The notes beneath the pieces are model-generated. The model was not told the DNA's origin. It ran no database searches and saw nothing but the letters and a program-made list of their open reading frames with translations. From Azolla caroliniana (lineage: Eukaryota > Plantae > Polypodiophyta): DNA of 64,000 bases. The stretch covers positions 6,262,001 through 6,326,000 of the forward strand of contig JBHGNT010000012.1 in NCBI GenBank assembly GCA_043228905.1. The letters are read 5' to 3'. The translations under genes and the position numbers were made by a program. Of this stretch, positions 36,101-45,821 are shown piece by piece (position 1 is the stretch's first letter; every line of letters starts with the position of its first letter).

Positions 36101-39004
36101 TCCTAGGTTCACTTCGTCGAGCTGGGATGCTTTTACCCGTTGGGAAACGGCCATTTCCCGTTCCAACGCTTCCTGTGCTTGCCGTAATTCCCGAATCGCA
36201 TCTTTGTCTGGTTCGGCTTCGGTGTCGTCCCGCTGCGGCAAGTATGCGGCTACGGCTTCAGCTATGTCGATCTCGAAGAGTGGTACGATCTTCGGATGTT
36301 CCTCCAAGTACTGGGCTTCTTCGTCGTCCGCCAATCCTTCAAGCATGTTCACACATTCCGCGTACAGCGGTGTGCATTCCTTACCGTTGCTCGTCCGTGG
36401 TTGTGTCGGAACCCGGACCTTGGCTTTTCCGCGCCGGAAGGTGATCATGTTTTTCCGCCAATTTTGCTTGATGTGTGCAGTTTTCAACCATGGTCTGCCC
36501 AGCAACAGTGGGTACGCGCCTTGCGCCTGTAGCTGCAGCACTACAGCCGAGATGTGAAATGTGTGGCCTCCTATGGTGACTTCCAATTTCCGTATTAAGC
36601 CCGTCGGCCGTACCGAGCTCGTATCCGCCATCCGTAGCCAGAACGGGCATGGCTCCCATTCATGTATACCCAAGGCATCACACGTACGGAGGCTTATTAC
36701 GTTCACCCCGGAACCTCCATCGATTACTGTGCCGGGAAGTTCGTGCCCTTTGACAATAGTTGTAATCACCGGACTGCTAGTGTCCACTACCGTCGGTCCC
36801 TCTTCCGGGTTCGAGAAGAGGACTGGTGCTGGTGGGGCTATGCCGTCTGTCATGCCCGTTTTTAGCCCTTCCGTAAATCGCGGCACGAGCTGCAAGAGTC
36901 TTCCTAACGGCAACGTGATCTGACATTCTTGCAGTGCTTGCCATGTCTCGTTTTCTGGGTGGCTACCGCCGGCACTCCCTATGGTATTTGCCTTTTGCCG
37001 TTCCGCGTCCGCGACGTTCTTTTCATTGGCTTCCTTCACCCATTCCGTCGCCTGCCTTCGTATGGCCTCTTGTGTTTCCCACTCTTTGGCCATGCCTTTC
37101 GACCGTGTGGTTACTTGCTGTACATCCGTCACTTCCGGAACCACCATATTAACTGCTGGTCGTTTCTCGTAGCTCTTTACCGGGCACTGGTTACTGTAGT
37201 GGCCTTCCTGCCTGCAGTAGTAGCAGTACTCTTTACGGGTATCGCTGGATTCAGCATTGCTGGTAGCCGGAGTTGGTCCCGTAGCGAGTGGTGCGTTCGG
37301 TGCCGGTTGGCTCCTTGGGATTCCATGTTCCGGGTCCCTAGGGTGACCACCTTTCTTGAAGTTTCGTTTCTTATTATTCTTATGTTTATTTCGGTAGTCC
37401 GGCCGTGGTGGATCGTAACATCGGCCGTAGTCCTCCTGGTGCCTTCGGTAACCAGGGGAATGGTCTCTATCGTATTGCTCATGTCGCCTGTTGGGCTCCC
37501 GATAACGGTCCGATCGCTCATACCGGTCGTAGTTATCACGCCGATTCCCGTACCGGCCATCATTCTCTTGCCTGTCTCCGTACCGGACATCTTGTGCCGG
37601 TGGGTACCGGTTCCCTCTTTGCCAACGATCGTCATCTTCGTCTCGGCTGCTTCTTGGCTCGATCCGTCGGACGGGTGGTGCTTGTCGATTTAACAGGTTG
37701 TACTCGCACCGGTCCGTTGTATGACTCTTGGATTGACAAATCACACACTGAGTGCGCATGGTGCACTCTACTGCCGAGTGTCCGGCATTCAAGCAGATTG
37801 TGCATTGAATTGCCTGCCGGAACCGGAGATCTTCCTCGGTGGGTAATGCCCGTTGCAGTGTTCCCAGCGTAAGCCATGAGCTTGTCTTTTCCATTTCTCT
37901 GACCCGGTCAATGACCTGGTCGATGGTGCATCCTCGAAAGTCGATTACCGTACACACCGTGCGTAACGGTTCCCGGAGTGCGTTTAAAAATATCGTCCGT
38001 AATTCCTCCTCCGGGGGTGCACGGGCAAGCTGGCTATGCATTCGTTGGAAACGGATGACGAATTGGGGAATGCTTTCCCCTGCCTCCTGCCGGATCGTAT
38101 AAAACAGCCCCACCATTGTCGTCTGGTCAACCTCCTTGTGGAAAAAATGCAAGAATTTTGCTTTTAATTCTGCAAATGTTGTGATGGTCGCCGGGTCCTG
38201 CGATCGCCGCCATCGTGTCGCTGGTCCCTCCAACGTGACTCCGAATTCCGCTATCTTCGAGCGTTCTTCTTCCTCCGGTGTCATTCGCTGGGACGTGTGA
38301 TTTGCTTCCCATGTCTGCTCGAAGTCATCCACATGTGCTTCCGCATCCGGATCATCGCGGTACTTTGAGTATTGGAACGGCATGTCGTCGTCCAGTATTA
38401 AGCAGCGGTTTAGTGGCGTTTGTTGATATCTTTCCGGTTCTTTCTCCGGTTTCACTTCCGGTTCTTTTGCCGGTCCTTTTTCCGGTTCTTTTTCCGGCTC
38501 TTCTTCCGGTACCTTTGCCGGGAAGTTCGTTGGTGTTGGTGGCTTTGCTTCTTCCACTTCCGGTGTTGGTGGGTTGACGGCTTCCGTTTGCGGTTCCGGA
38601 TAGCCCTGGTTGCGCGGTTCCGGTTCTGGAGTCGGCACGGTATCCGATCCGTCGTCTTCCGGGCCGCCGGGGGTATCGTTGCTGCTCCGGTAGTTCGTGT
38701 GCACGCTGTATCCCCCTTCGGAATCTGATTCGTAGGCTGAAAAGGCTTCTGCCTCGTTTTCTCCGCTTGCCAGCGCCTCCAGGAGTCGTTCGGTTTCCCG
38801 GAGACTACTTAGACTGCTGCCGTCGTCCTGGTCGCGAGTTTGCCGTAACCGGAGAGATTCCTCCGCGACTCTCCGGATCTCGTTGGAGAACGAACGATCC
38901 GAGCGAATTTCCTGCGCTGCTTGCTGGAAAGTCTCACGCCGTCTTTGCCGTTCGGCGAGGCGTCGAGCTCGGTCTGTACCCAAGTCGTGCGTTGGTCTAG
39001 TCAT
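33140..39004 (-). CDS. gag-pol: Gypsy gag-pol polyprotein, 1954 aa (gag, 3 zinc knuckles, PR, RT, RNase H, IN)
   Basis: Three CCHC motifs, PR VIDGGSGVNVI, RT FLDGFSGYNQI...MMFGL...FLDD, RH VDASDIAIG...ADYLSR, IN H..GH..CDLC, SDQGGHF, NGLAES, WTGPY. No chromodomain. Confidence 0.96.
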   Translation of the reverse strand: MTRPTHDLGTDRARRLAERQRRRETFQQAAQEIRSDRSFSNEIRRVAEESLRLRQTRDQDDGSSLSSLRETERLLEALASGENEAEAFSAYESDSEGGYSVHTNYRSSNDTPGGPEDDGSDTVPTPEPEPRNQGYPEPQTEAVNPPTPEVEEAKPPTPTNFPAKVPEEEPEKEPEKGPAKEPEVKPEKEPERYQQTPLNRCLILDDDMPFQYSKYRDDPDAEAHVDDFEQTWEANHTSQRMTPEEEERSKIAEFGVTLEGPATRWRRSQDPATITTFAELKAKFLHFFHKEVDQTTMVGLFYTIRQEAGESIPQFVIRFQRMHSQLARAPPEEELRTIFLNALREPLRTVCTVIDFRGCTIDQVIDRVREMEKTSSWLTLGTLQRALPTEEDLRFRQAIQCTICLNAGHSAVECTMRTQCVICQSKSHTTDRCEYNLLNRQAPPVRRIEPRSSRDEDDDRWQRGNRYPPAQDVRYGDRQENDGRYGNRRDNYDRYERSDRYREPNRRHEQYDRDHSPGYRRHQEDYGRCYDPPRPDYRNKHKNNKKRNFKKGGHPRDPEHGIPRSQPAPNAPLATGPTPATSNAESSDTRKEYCYYCRQEGHYSNQCPVKSYEKRPAVNMVVPEVTDVQQVTTRSKGMAKEWETQEAIRRQATEWVKEANEKNVADAERQKANTIGSAGGSHPENETWQALQECQITLPLGRLLQLVPRFTEGLKTGMTDGIAPPAPVLFSNPEEGPTVVDTSSPVITTIVKGHELPGTVIDGGSGVNVISLRTCDALGIHEWEPCPFWLRMADTSSVRPTGLIRKLEVTIGGHTFHISAVVLQLQAQGAYPLLLGRPWLKTAHIKQNWRKNMITFRRGKAKVRVPTQPRTSNGKECTPLYAECVNMLEGLADDEEAQYLEEHPKIVPLFEIDIAEAVAAYLPQRDDTEAEPDKDAIRELRQAQEALEREMAVSQRVKASQLDEVNLGSKDESKPVHIAKEMKPEDKAAMIKLLTEFRDVFAWSYEDMRGLDPQLYQHQIHLGKDAKPVAQRRYRMNPNYAAKVKEEIDKLLRVGFIRPVKKATWLSPIVVVPKKNGKIRVCVDYRKLNAATITDAFPLPFTDGVLDAVAGHEVYSFLDGFSGYNQIRMHPEDQEKTAFVTEWGVFVAEVMMFGLKTAPATFQRIIMEIFGDYIPAFMQVFLDDFAVYSRGKDHLQHLRLCLEKCRLYRLSLNPAKCIFGVSSGILLGHIVSKEGIAVDPDKVNAILGAPAPKTAKALSRFLGQIRWHSRMLRHLADLATPLHTAVHRTPFQWTDTEDKAYNALKVLLSQAPVVQPPDWSKEFHVFVDASDIAIGSALMQLTEPKWYRPVYYASRKLSQAEKNYSTTEREALGMIYSVTKFRHYLLGRKFSFHVDHSALLYLVSKASLTGKLARWTLLLQEFEFEIFHRPGIQHAVADYLSRLESGEPGDGVADEFPDAELFRITPETAADDTVASEDKWLTNMHQFLSTGLPPEEMNRDERKRLAVQSRNFCLLRDTLYHKGADGIWRRAVRSDEKEVILREAHCGVAGGHYAGEATARKVWQSGLWWPTTLKDAVRYAKECDLCQRMGQPTEQARMPHQPVLPLEPFQKWGLDFVGPFKPPAMRTGNRYVIVATDYCTKWVEAKALRDNTASSTAKFLYENIWCRYGCPIELISDQGGHFLGQVVESLTTFYAVVHKRSTPYYPQANGLAESTNKTLQNILRKIVNENRTDWDTKLHSALWAYRTAYKTSIRTTPFRLAFGLEAVMPVEFQVPSLRIQLRERLNEKKSEEIRLAALCELEEQRLASILHMELEQRRQKAFVDRHRKGNEKMFEIGKPVLVFQTRMGKMPGKLRFRWTGPYWLTREYNGSYQIGTLAGEVLGKWVNGFRLKPYKGPMPKNPFMQLTGTTPGTCPGSVRIDPEEKDNGEPVVNTKEDTATRKENGQGPEGPTDV

Positions 39005-39038
39005 CCATTACCGTCGTTCGCTGCGAGGAAGCAGGAAT

Positions 39039-39049
39039 CGTGGTCGCCA
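39039..39049 (-). promoter_or_regulatory. Minus-strand primer-binding site of element A (tRNA-Arg(UCG)-like, 10-11 nt)
   Basis: TGGCGACCACG lies 6 nt after the 5' LTR and is conserved in C. It matches the recalled plant tRNA-Arg 3' end GTGGTCG-CCA. Confidence 0.7.
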
Positions 39050-39478
39050 AAACTGTGTTATTCGCTTAGCCGGACAAGGCCTAACACAAGGTGTCACGGA
39101 GACACTTCACCAAAGGGTGATTACGGCATAGGATTAAGATTCAACGATTACACCGACTTACGTAGGTTACACAATTAGATTGCTTTGGTTAATTACACGC
39201 GTAAGATATAACAGTGATTACAGAACGGAAATCAAGACAGAAGTATAAACATCAGAATCTCTATTAATTATCCGCTGTCATTACAATAGGGTCCGGGCCT
39301 TTAAATAGGTTTCCGGCCCGTAGTACAAAACGGTGTCTCTCGCACCTATTCGGGATCCGTCCGGATCTGGAACGGCATACCGTTTCCAGTCCGTCCGTCC
39401 ACACTATGCTCATTTACAACCATCTAATTAATTCCGTATTTTGGACTCCTTGCCGGCCGGTAACACATGCCAAAATAG

Positions 39479-39746
39479 TGTTGATGGTTTTAGGGTTAGG
39501 GTTAATGATTATGGTGATAAAGATAGGAATAGGGTTAGGGTTTGTTAATAATACGAATATGGAAATGATTAGCATTGCGAGATTGATGATGACATTGATA
39601 GTGATGAAGATGGAAACAATGTGATGGCGAGATTGATAAGCATTATGGGGTTGAGAGCATGATTACGATGTGCATTGAGAAGCATTGTGGGGTGGGGGGT
39701 GGTGCCTAGAATGGCTCCACCCCCCTCCCAAGGGGTTCAACGTTAT

Positions 39747-39782
<36 letters not shown>

Positions 39783-41570
39783 GAGAGAGAGAACTATTGC
39801 TTCTTCTTTTTTTCATTCCCCATAAGGGGTTAATATAGGTACAAAGGAGTAGATACACAAGGGTGCAAGACCCTTGGCCATTCACACCTAGTCACAAACT
39901 CACACCTCTTTATATCCCTCACACTCTCACTTACATTCACACTCATAATCGTATGACATTACACATACATATATCTTTCACCCGCACTTATCACACTTAA
40001 CAATCACCCGTACGTCTCGTACGGTAACACAATATGGCACGCCTGTGGGAAAGTGCCTTGCACTTCGATCCCACATGCCTTGATCATAATCTTTCTTCGA
40101 CCGGAACTTCCATCGGTCCTCTCAACGATCGACTCCCTCGATCGGAGCGCTTGACTCGAACATCTTTGTCGGTCAGCGAATCTTTATCGACACGAACATT
40201 CTCGTTCTGTCGGCACACGAACTTGGTAACATACTTCGGGTTGTCAAAAAAACGTTGTATGTATAGTCTTCTTTGTATCTTGTGAGTTGTGTGTGGTTTG
40301 CGTCCATTTCTTTTAGGTCCATGAGTTTTTGAAATTTTTCTTATGCCCCTATCTTTCTCTTTTTATTTCTTTATAATAATATTATTTTAAATTTCTTTTT
40401 CCTCTCTCTTTTTTTTTCACGTTCTTTCTTTTCTTTTCTTCTCATTCTTCCTTTTTCTTCATGCGTTTTCTCCCGTTTCTCTCTCTTTTCTTGTTCTTAA
40501 TGTTTCTCATTCTTTCTTCATCTTTCTTCTTCCTAATGTTATATTCATCTTTATCTATTGTTGTTTGGTTGCCATCCGATCACCAACATCTATTTCCAGC
40601 CCTTCCGACCATTTCCTTGGTCGTTTGTCCGGCCGCCGGCCATTCCACCGCTCCGCTTCATTGTTCGACGATTTCGGCTATTCCGGCCGTCTTTCTCACG
40701 TCGATATTTGGCCGCCGGGGCTGTTTTGCCACTCTAGCCATTCCGACGCCGCCACTCTTGGCCGCCGCAATTTTGACCGCTATTTGGCCCATCCGGCCGT
40801 CGTTCGGCCGTTGCTTTTGTTGGTTTCGATCATCGGTTGGCTGCCACCACGATCGACATCGCTCTTCGTCCACTTCCCTCCATTCATTCCGATTGCCGCT
40901 GTTCATTCCGATTGCCGCTGTTCATTCCGATTGCCGCCGTTCATTCCGGCCTCTCTCCGGTCATTGTGGCCACTCCTCGGCCACTCCGGTTGCTCGTTCG
41001 ATCGTCTCGATGCTATTCTTCTTTTTTTCTTTGCCATCATCACGGGCTCCGTTCCCTTATTCCATCACCGTCTTCGTTTGTCTCCATTTCCCGCACCACT
41101 CTTTCTCGCACATTCGTATTGCCACATCTCATTCATTGACATTATCTAACATATTGTAACCGCCATTTACCATACATTGTTGATTCGATTTCGCCCACAT
41201 TATTATCACCATTTATCGCACATTTCACATTTACGTTGTCATCGTGCATCCTTCTTTGACTTCTTCTCTAAGGATGGTCGGCCGTAGGGCGTGCCAAAAT
41301 AGTGTTGATGGTTTTAGGGTTAGGGTTAATGATTATGGTGATAAAGATAGGAATAGGGTTAGGGTTTGTTAATAATACGAATATGGAAATGATTAGCATT
41401 GCGAGATTGATGATGACATTGATAGTGATGAAGATGGAAACAATGTGATGGCGAGATTGATAAGCATTATGGGGTTGAGAGCATGATTACGATGTGCATT
41501 GAGAAGCATTGTGGGGTGGGGGGTGGTGCCTAGAATGGCTCCACCCCCCTCCCAAGGGGTTCAACGTTAT

Positions 41571-41606
<36 letters not shown>

Positions 41607-41624
41607 GAGAGAGAGAACTATTGC
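39479..41624 (-). mobile_element. Element B: non-autonomous (TRIM/LARD-like) LTR element with two opposed tRNA-Arg sites and a truncated 5' LTR
   Basis: LTR 39479-40029 and a partial copy 41303-41624 are identical over 322 bp by eye. The 1.27-kb internal region is non-coding. TGGCACGCCC lies on minus at 41287-41296 and TGGCACGCCTGTGGGA on plus at 40035-40050. The LTR terminus GGTAACA is shared with A and C. Confidence 0.85.
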
Positions 41625-43583
41625 TTTCTTCCCAACAGATAGTGTCTAAACTTGGTGACATTGTAGATCATGCCCAAGGCCTCTCTTTCCGTTGTGGAAT
41701 AATTACGTTCTGCTTGAGACAGCTTTCAACTGGCATAATACACTGGCCGGTACCATTTCGGTTCTGTAAGTTGCATAAGTGCACTCCCGATTGCGATGTC
41801 GGACGCGTCAACGAACACATGGAACTCTTTAGACCAATCCGGAGGTTGCACCACCGGCGCTTGTGACAATAGTACTTTTAGTGCCCGGTAAGCCTTGTCT
41901 TCTGTGTCCGTCCATTGGAATGGTGTCCAATGTACCGCGGCATGCAATGGTATAGCTAGGTCTGCCAAATACCGGAGCATTCGGCTATGCCACCGAATTT
42001 GTCCTAAGAACCGGCTTAATGCCTTTGCCGTGGTTGGTTTCGGGGCCTCCAAAATAGCTTTGACCTTGTCCGGATCCACTACAATACCGTCCTTGCTCAC
42101 AATGTGGCCAAGTAACGCTCCACTGGACACTCCGAACACGCATTTTGCCGGGTTAAGGCTTAGCCGGTAAGCCCTACATTTCTTCAAACATAGTCCGAGG
42201 TGCTGAAGGTGATCCCCTTCCTAGCTATAAACACCTGCATGAATGCCGGACAACACTTGCATGAATGCCGGAATGAATTCTCCGAAAATCTCCATGATGA
42301 TCTGCTGGAAGGTTGCCAGCGTCGTTTTCAGTCCAAACATCATAACTACGGCAACAAAGACTCCCCATTCGGTGACAAAAGTGGTTTTCTCCTAGTCATC
42401 GGGGTGCATCCGGATCTGATTATAGCCGTTGAAACCGTCCAGAAAACTGTACACCTCATGACCGGCGACCGCATCCAAGACTCCATCCGTTGTCGTGAAG
42501 ATCCGTCACTACGCGCGGATCGTGAGGCGGAACCGTCGGGGTTCTGGACCAGAAGGATTTAGAGTCGATACAAGCTTTGGCGAGAAAGTACTTAAGATAG
42601 ATTGGGAAAGAGAGAAGTTGAGATTACACGATTGATTTGAAAACGAATTTCTTCCTCTTAATTTTCATAAAAAAAACCGTGTTTTTCTCCTCGCCCTTCC
42701 CTCTTTTATAGATGCTCTCATGCATATGATGCATGTGAGGGTACAAGACATGCATAAATTGCATGTTTGCCATTTGGCGCTTAAGTATTACATGTGGTGC
42801 ATGCTAACCATGTCACTCATTTTAGCACTCATGGATGAGAATTTACATGTAAAAGTACAATGATAGAAATATAATTTCAACTAAATATTATGGCTTAATG
42901 GTAAGCCATTTGACTCTTAACTTGGAGGTGCAAGGTTTGAATCCATACTTGCCCTCCTTGTATATGTAAATATGTATATATGTTTATATATTTATTTTAT
43001 CTAGTCGACACCGACAGCGGATGCCGACGCCGGATACCGCTGCCGCTGCCGGATGCCGACGCCGGATACCGGTGCCACATGCCGCCGCCGGATTGTGGTC
43101 GGATGCCGTCGGATCACCGGCTCCATCGCCGGTCCGGTTTTGGTTGGCCAAAACCCTTTTCGAGTAGCTAGCCACCTCCACTCTAAGTTCAAGTTACCTT
43201 GAACTCTCTATGCTCCACACATAGACACAAAGATAATATCTTTTGCTCCACCTTATATATGATGAGAGCCGTATTTGTCGTGCCTATGTGGGATATCTCA
43301 CAATTTTCTCTTTTCTTTTCACAAACTTTATACCCTCATATCTTGACATTTAGTTGTCCATTTCTCGTGTAATAAAGTGCATTCGAAACCTCCATCATTT
43401 TGTACTTAGATATTAAAAATGTTATCTTCACAATTATTGTATTACATGATTCATACTCGATTTTGTACGTTTTATGGGATTTTCACACTATTGCCGAAAA
43501 TCTTCACGACATCCACCCCCACCAAGCCGCACGTCCTCCGGTACATGCCAAGAAGAGAAGAAGTGAGATTTCGGCTACGATGA

Positions 43584-45810
43584 TCAATTAGATTCCTCCA
43601 TGTCTTCATTTTCATCCGGCCTATTATGTTCATCGTCGAGGTAATCGAGGTCAGGATCCTTGTCTTGTCTTTTCTTGAAAAGCTTTACTCTTTTTCCCGC
43701 AATGGGTACGGCCAACCTTGATCCGTCTAGTTCCGCAAGGTGGTATGTGGCATTATCGTTGGCACTTGTCACCACATACGGCCCGAACCATCTTCTTGCG
43801 AACTTCCTTGTTGTACTATGTTGATTGTCAAGGGTGTTGTCGTAGACCAAAACCCAATCCCCTTCTTCAATCTTCTTGGGACGAAGTCGATGCGTGTTGT
43901 CGAACCGAACTTTGTTCTTTACTCGGGCTGCCTTCATCATCTTTCGCGCTTTTTCTAAATCTTCAGGTCTTCTTTCAAGTTGCCTTATCCGCGCCGCTAA
44001 TAACTCTTCTCGGCTCATCTCGTTCTCCCACGGTATCGCTACCCATGAGGCGATCGTCCTTTCGATGGGCATAATCGGCTTTTGTCCATACATAACCTCT
44101 GTCGGCATATACCCTGTCACCGAGCTATGTGTCGTTCTATCGGCCCACAAGGCATAGGGTAATAGTCGTGGCCAATTCCCGACTCGACCGTTGCATGCCC
44201 GTACGATGGCTTTAACGATAGGTCCATGCCCTCGCTCGATCTTCCCATTTGCTTCCGGATTGTAGGCAGTCGTGAGGGAGAGCTTCACGCCTAGTCTTTC
44301 GAAGAGCTCCGTCGCTTCGTGCGCGTCCAACTCCCCTCGGTCGGCCACTATCTTCCCGACACATCCATATCGGCAAACAACATCTTCAAGTAAAAATTTA
44401 CAAACGGCTGAAGTCGTCTTATTTGTCAAGGCTCGTCCTTCCACTTGATTTGTCAAGTCTTCCCTTGCGAGCGCTAAGTACTTCATTTGTCCCACTCCCA
44501 TTGGCATCGAGACCAGATCCACCATCCATTTGAAGTGAATGGTGAGTGGGTATGTCGGCTTTAACTCATCACGATGACGTATATTTGAATATACTTGGCA
44601 AGTTTCGCATGTGGACACGAAATGGAGTACATCTTTGTACATGCTTGGCCACCAGTACTTCTCCTTCAACTTTTCGAACGTCGCCCATGTTCCTCTATGA
44701 CCTGCTCAAGCACTCTCGTGGAATTCGGTCATCAGCGTCTCTTGCTCTTCTTTCTTTACCACCACTCGACGTGGTATTCCTGTCCTTCTTTTTGGATGTC
44801 GCCAAAGGAATCCTCCCTTCAAGAAGTATCGGTAAGCTTTCTTTCGGATTCGTAGGGCCTCCTCCTTTGTCAACGAAGCATCTGTCGTCAATGTTCTTAG
44901 GAATCTACCGATGAGTAACCATTCTCCTTCGTACTCGTTCTCGTTGAAGGCGTGGAGGGTTTGCGTGTCCTGGTCTTCTGCCGACAATCGAGCCATCTTG
45001 AAGAAGTCGAGGGCGACATCTTCATCTTCCGAAACCATGTTACTTCCATTTGAAAATCTTGCCCTCGACAACATGTCAGCCATGGCGTTCTTCTTCCCTG
45101 CGATGTGACGGATCTCTGGGTTTAAAGACTTGATGTAGGCGATCCACCTTAGCATAGCAAGATCTGGGGTCGCACATCCCGATTTCTCGTGGGAAGAATG
45201 CGAAAGCCTTCCCATGTCTCTCAAGCATATCGCGAAACATTCGCTCGTCTTTAGGGAGAAGGAAATCCTCCTTTCCAACTCGTAGCTTCCCCTTCGTCTC
45301 TTTGGTGAAGTCATGACCTATCTTCTTCGGATCTCTTAAGCTTGGATCGTTAGCGACTTCCTTCATCTTTTGCCAGCTATCTTCCGGTAGCGGAACCGCA
45401 ACTGGCTTGATCTTCTTATCCACCGTTTTATATTTCGTGTTGATGTCAACTTCCTTCATCGAGATGCCATGACGGTATTCATCGATGATAGCGTACATGT
45501 TGACGGAGTTAATCGAAATCACGCATTGGTTGTGAAGATAGCTCAAGTCCACGACGTCCTCGATATCGCCGATGGTGTCGTTAAATGAGGCTTCTTCCAT
45601 AATATGAGTCACGAACTCCCCTTCTTCTATTATGTTCTCTTCTTTCAGCATCTTCTCGAATTCTTGTATCCGGTGCTTGTGCTTCTTGTCGGGTAGTACT
45701 AGTTTACATGCGCCACTAGGTGTGACACATGTTGCTTCTCCTTGCAATCCACGCACTCTTCTTTCTTGTGGGGTCTTGTGATTGCTCGGACTATTTGTGC
45801 CCCATGCTTC
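43584..45810 (-). pseudogene. pol: Element F pol remnant (pre-RT region fused to RNase H end, then integrase)
   Basis: KYKTVDKKIKPVA...HGKAFAF..REIG is fused to GCATPDLAMLRW...ADMLSR. The integrase core is intact (ADRGE, NGKIERGH, WFGPY). Confidence 0.88.
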
Positions 45811-45821
45811 AATAGTCCGCT

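Larger units (their letters stand above)
24180..39465 (-). mobile_element. Element A: young non-chromovirus (Athila/Tat-like) Gypsy with intact gag-pol, an extra 3' ORF and no PPT
   Basis: 410-bp LTRs 24180-24589 and 39056-39465 appear identical by eye. It has a 1954-aa uninterrupted gag-pol and a PBS at 39039-39049. Confidence 0.95.

Noticed and set aside
39472-39476. AAAAT as the TSD partner of 24175-24179
   Set aside because: It is offset 6 bp from A's LTR end and is explained as B's PBS spacer, which is identical at 41292-41302.
40461-41159. 232-aa ORF in element B
   Set aside because: It is built from low-complexity CT-rich sequence and a 19-bp tandem repeat, has no domain motifs, and is probably spurious.
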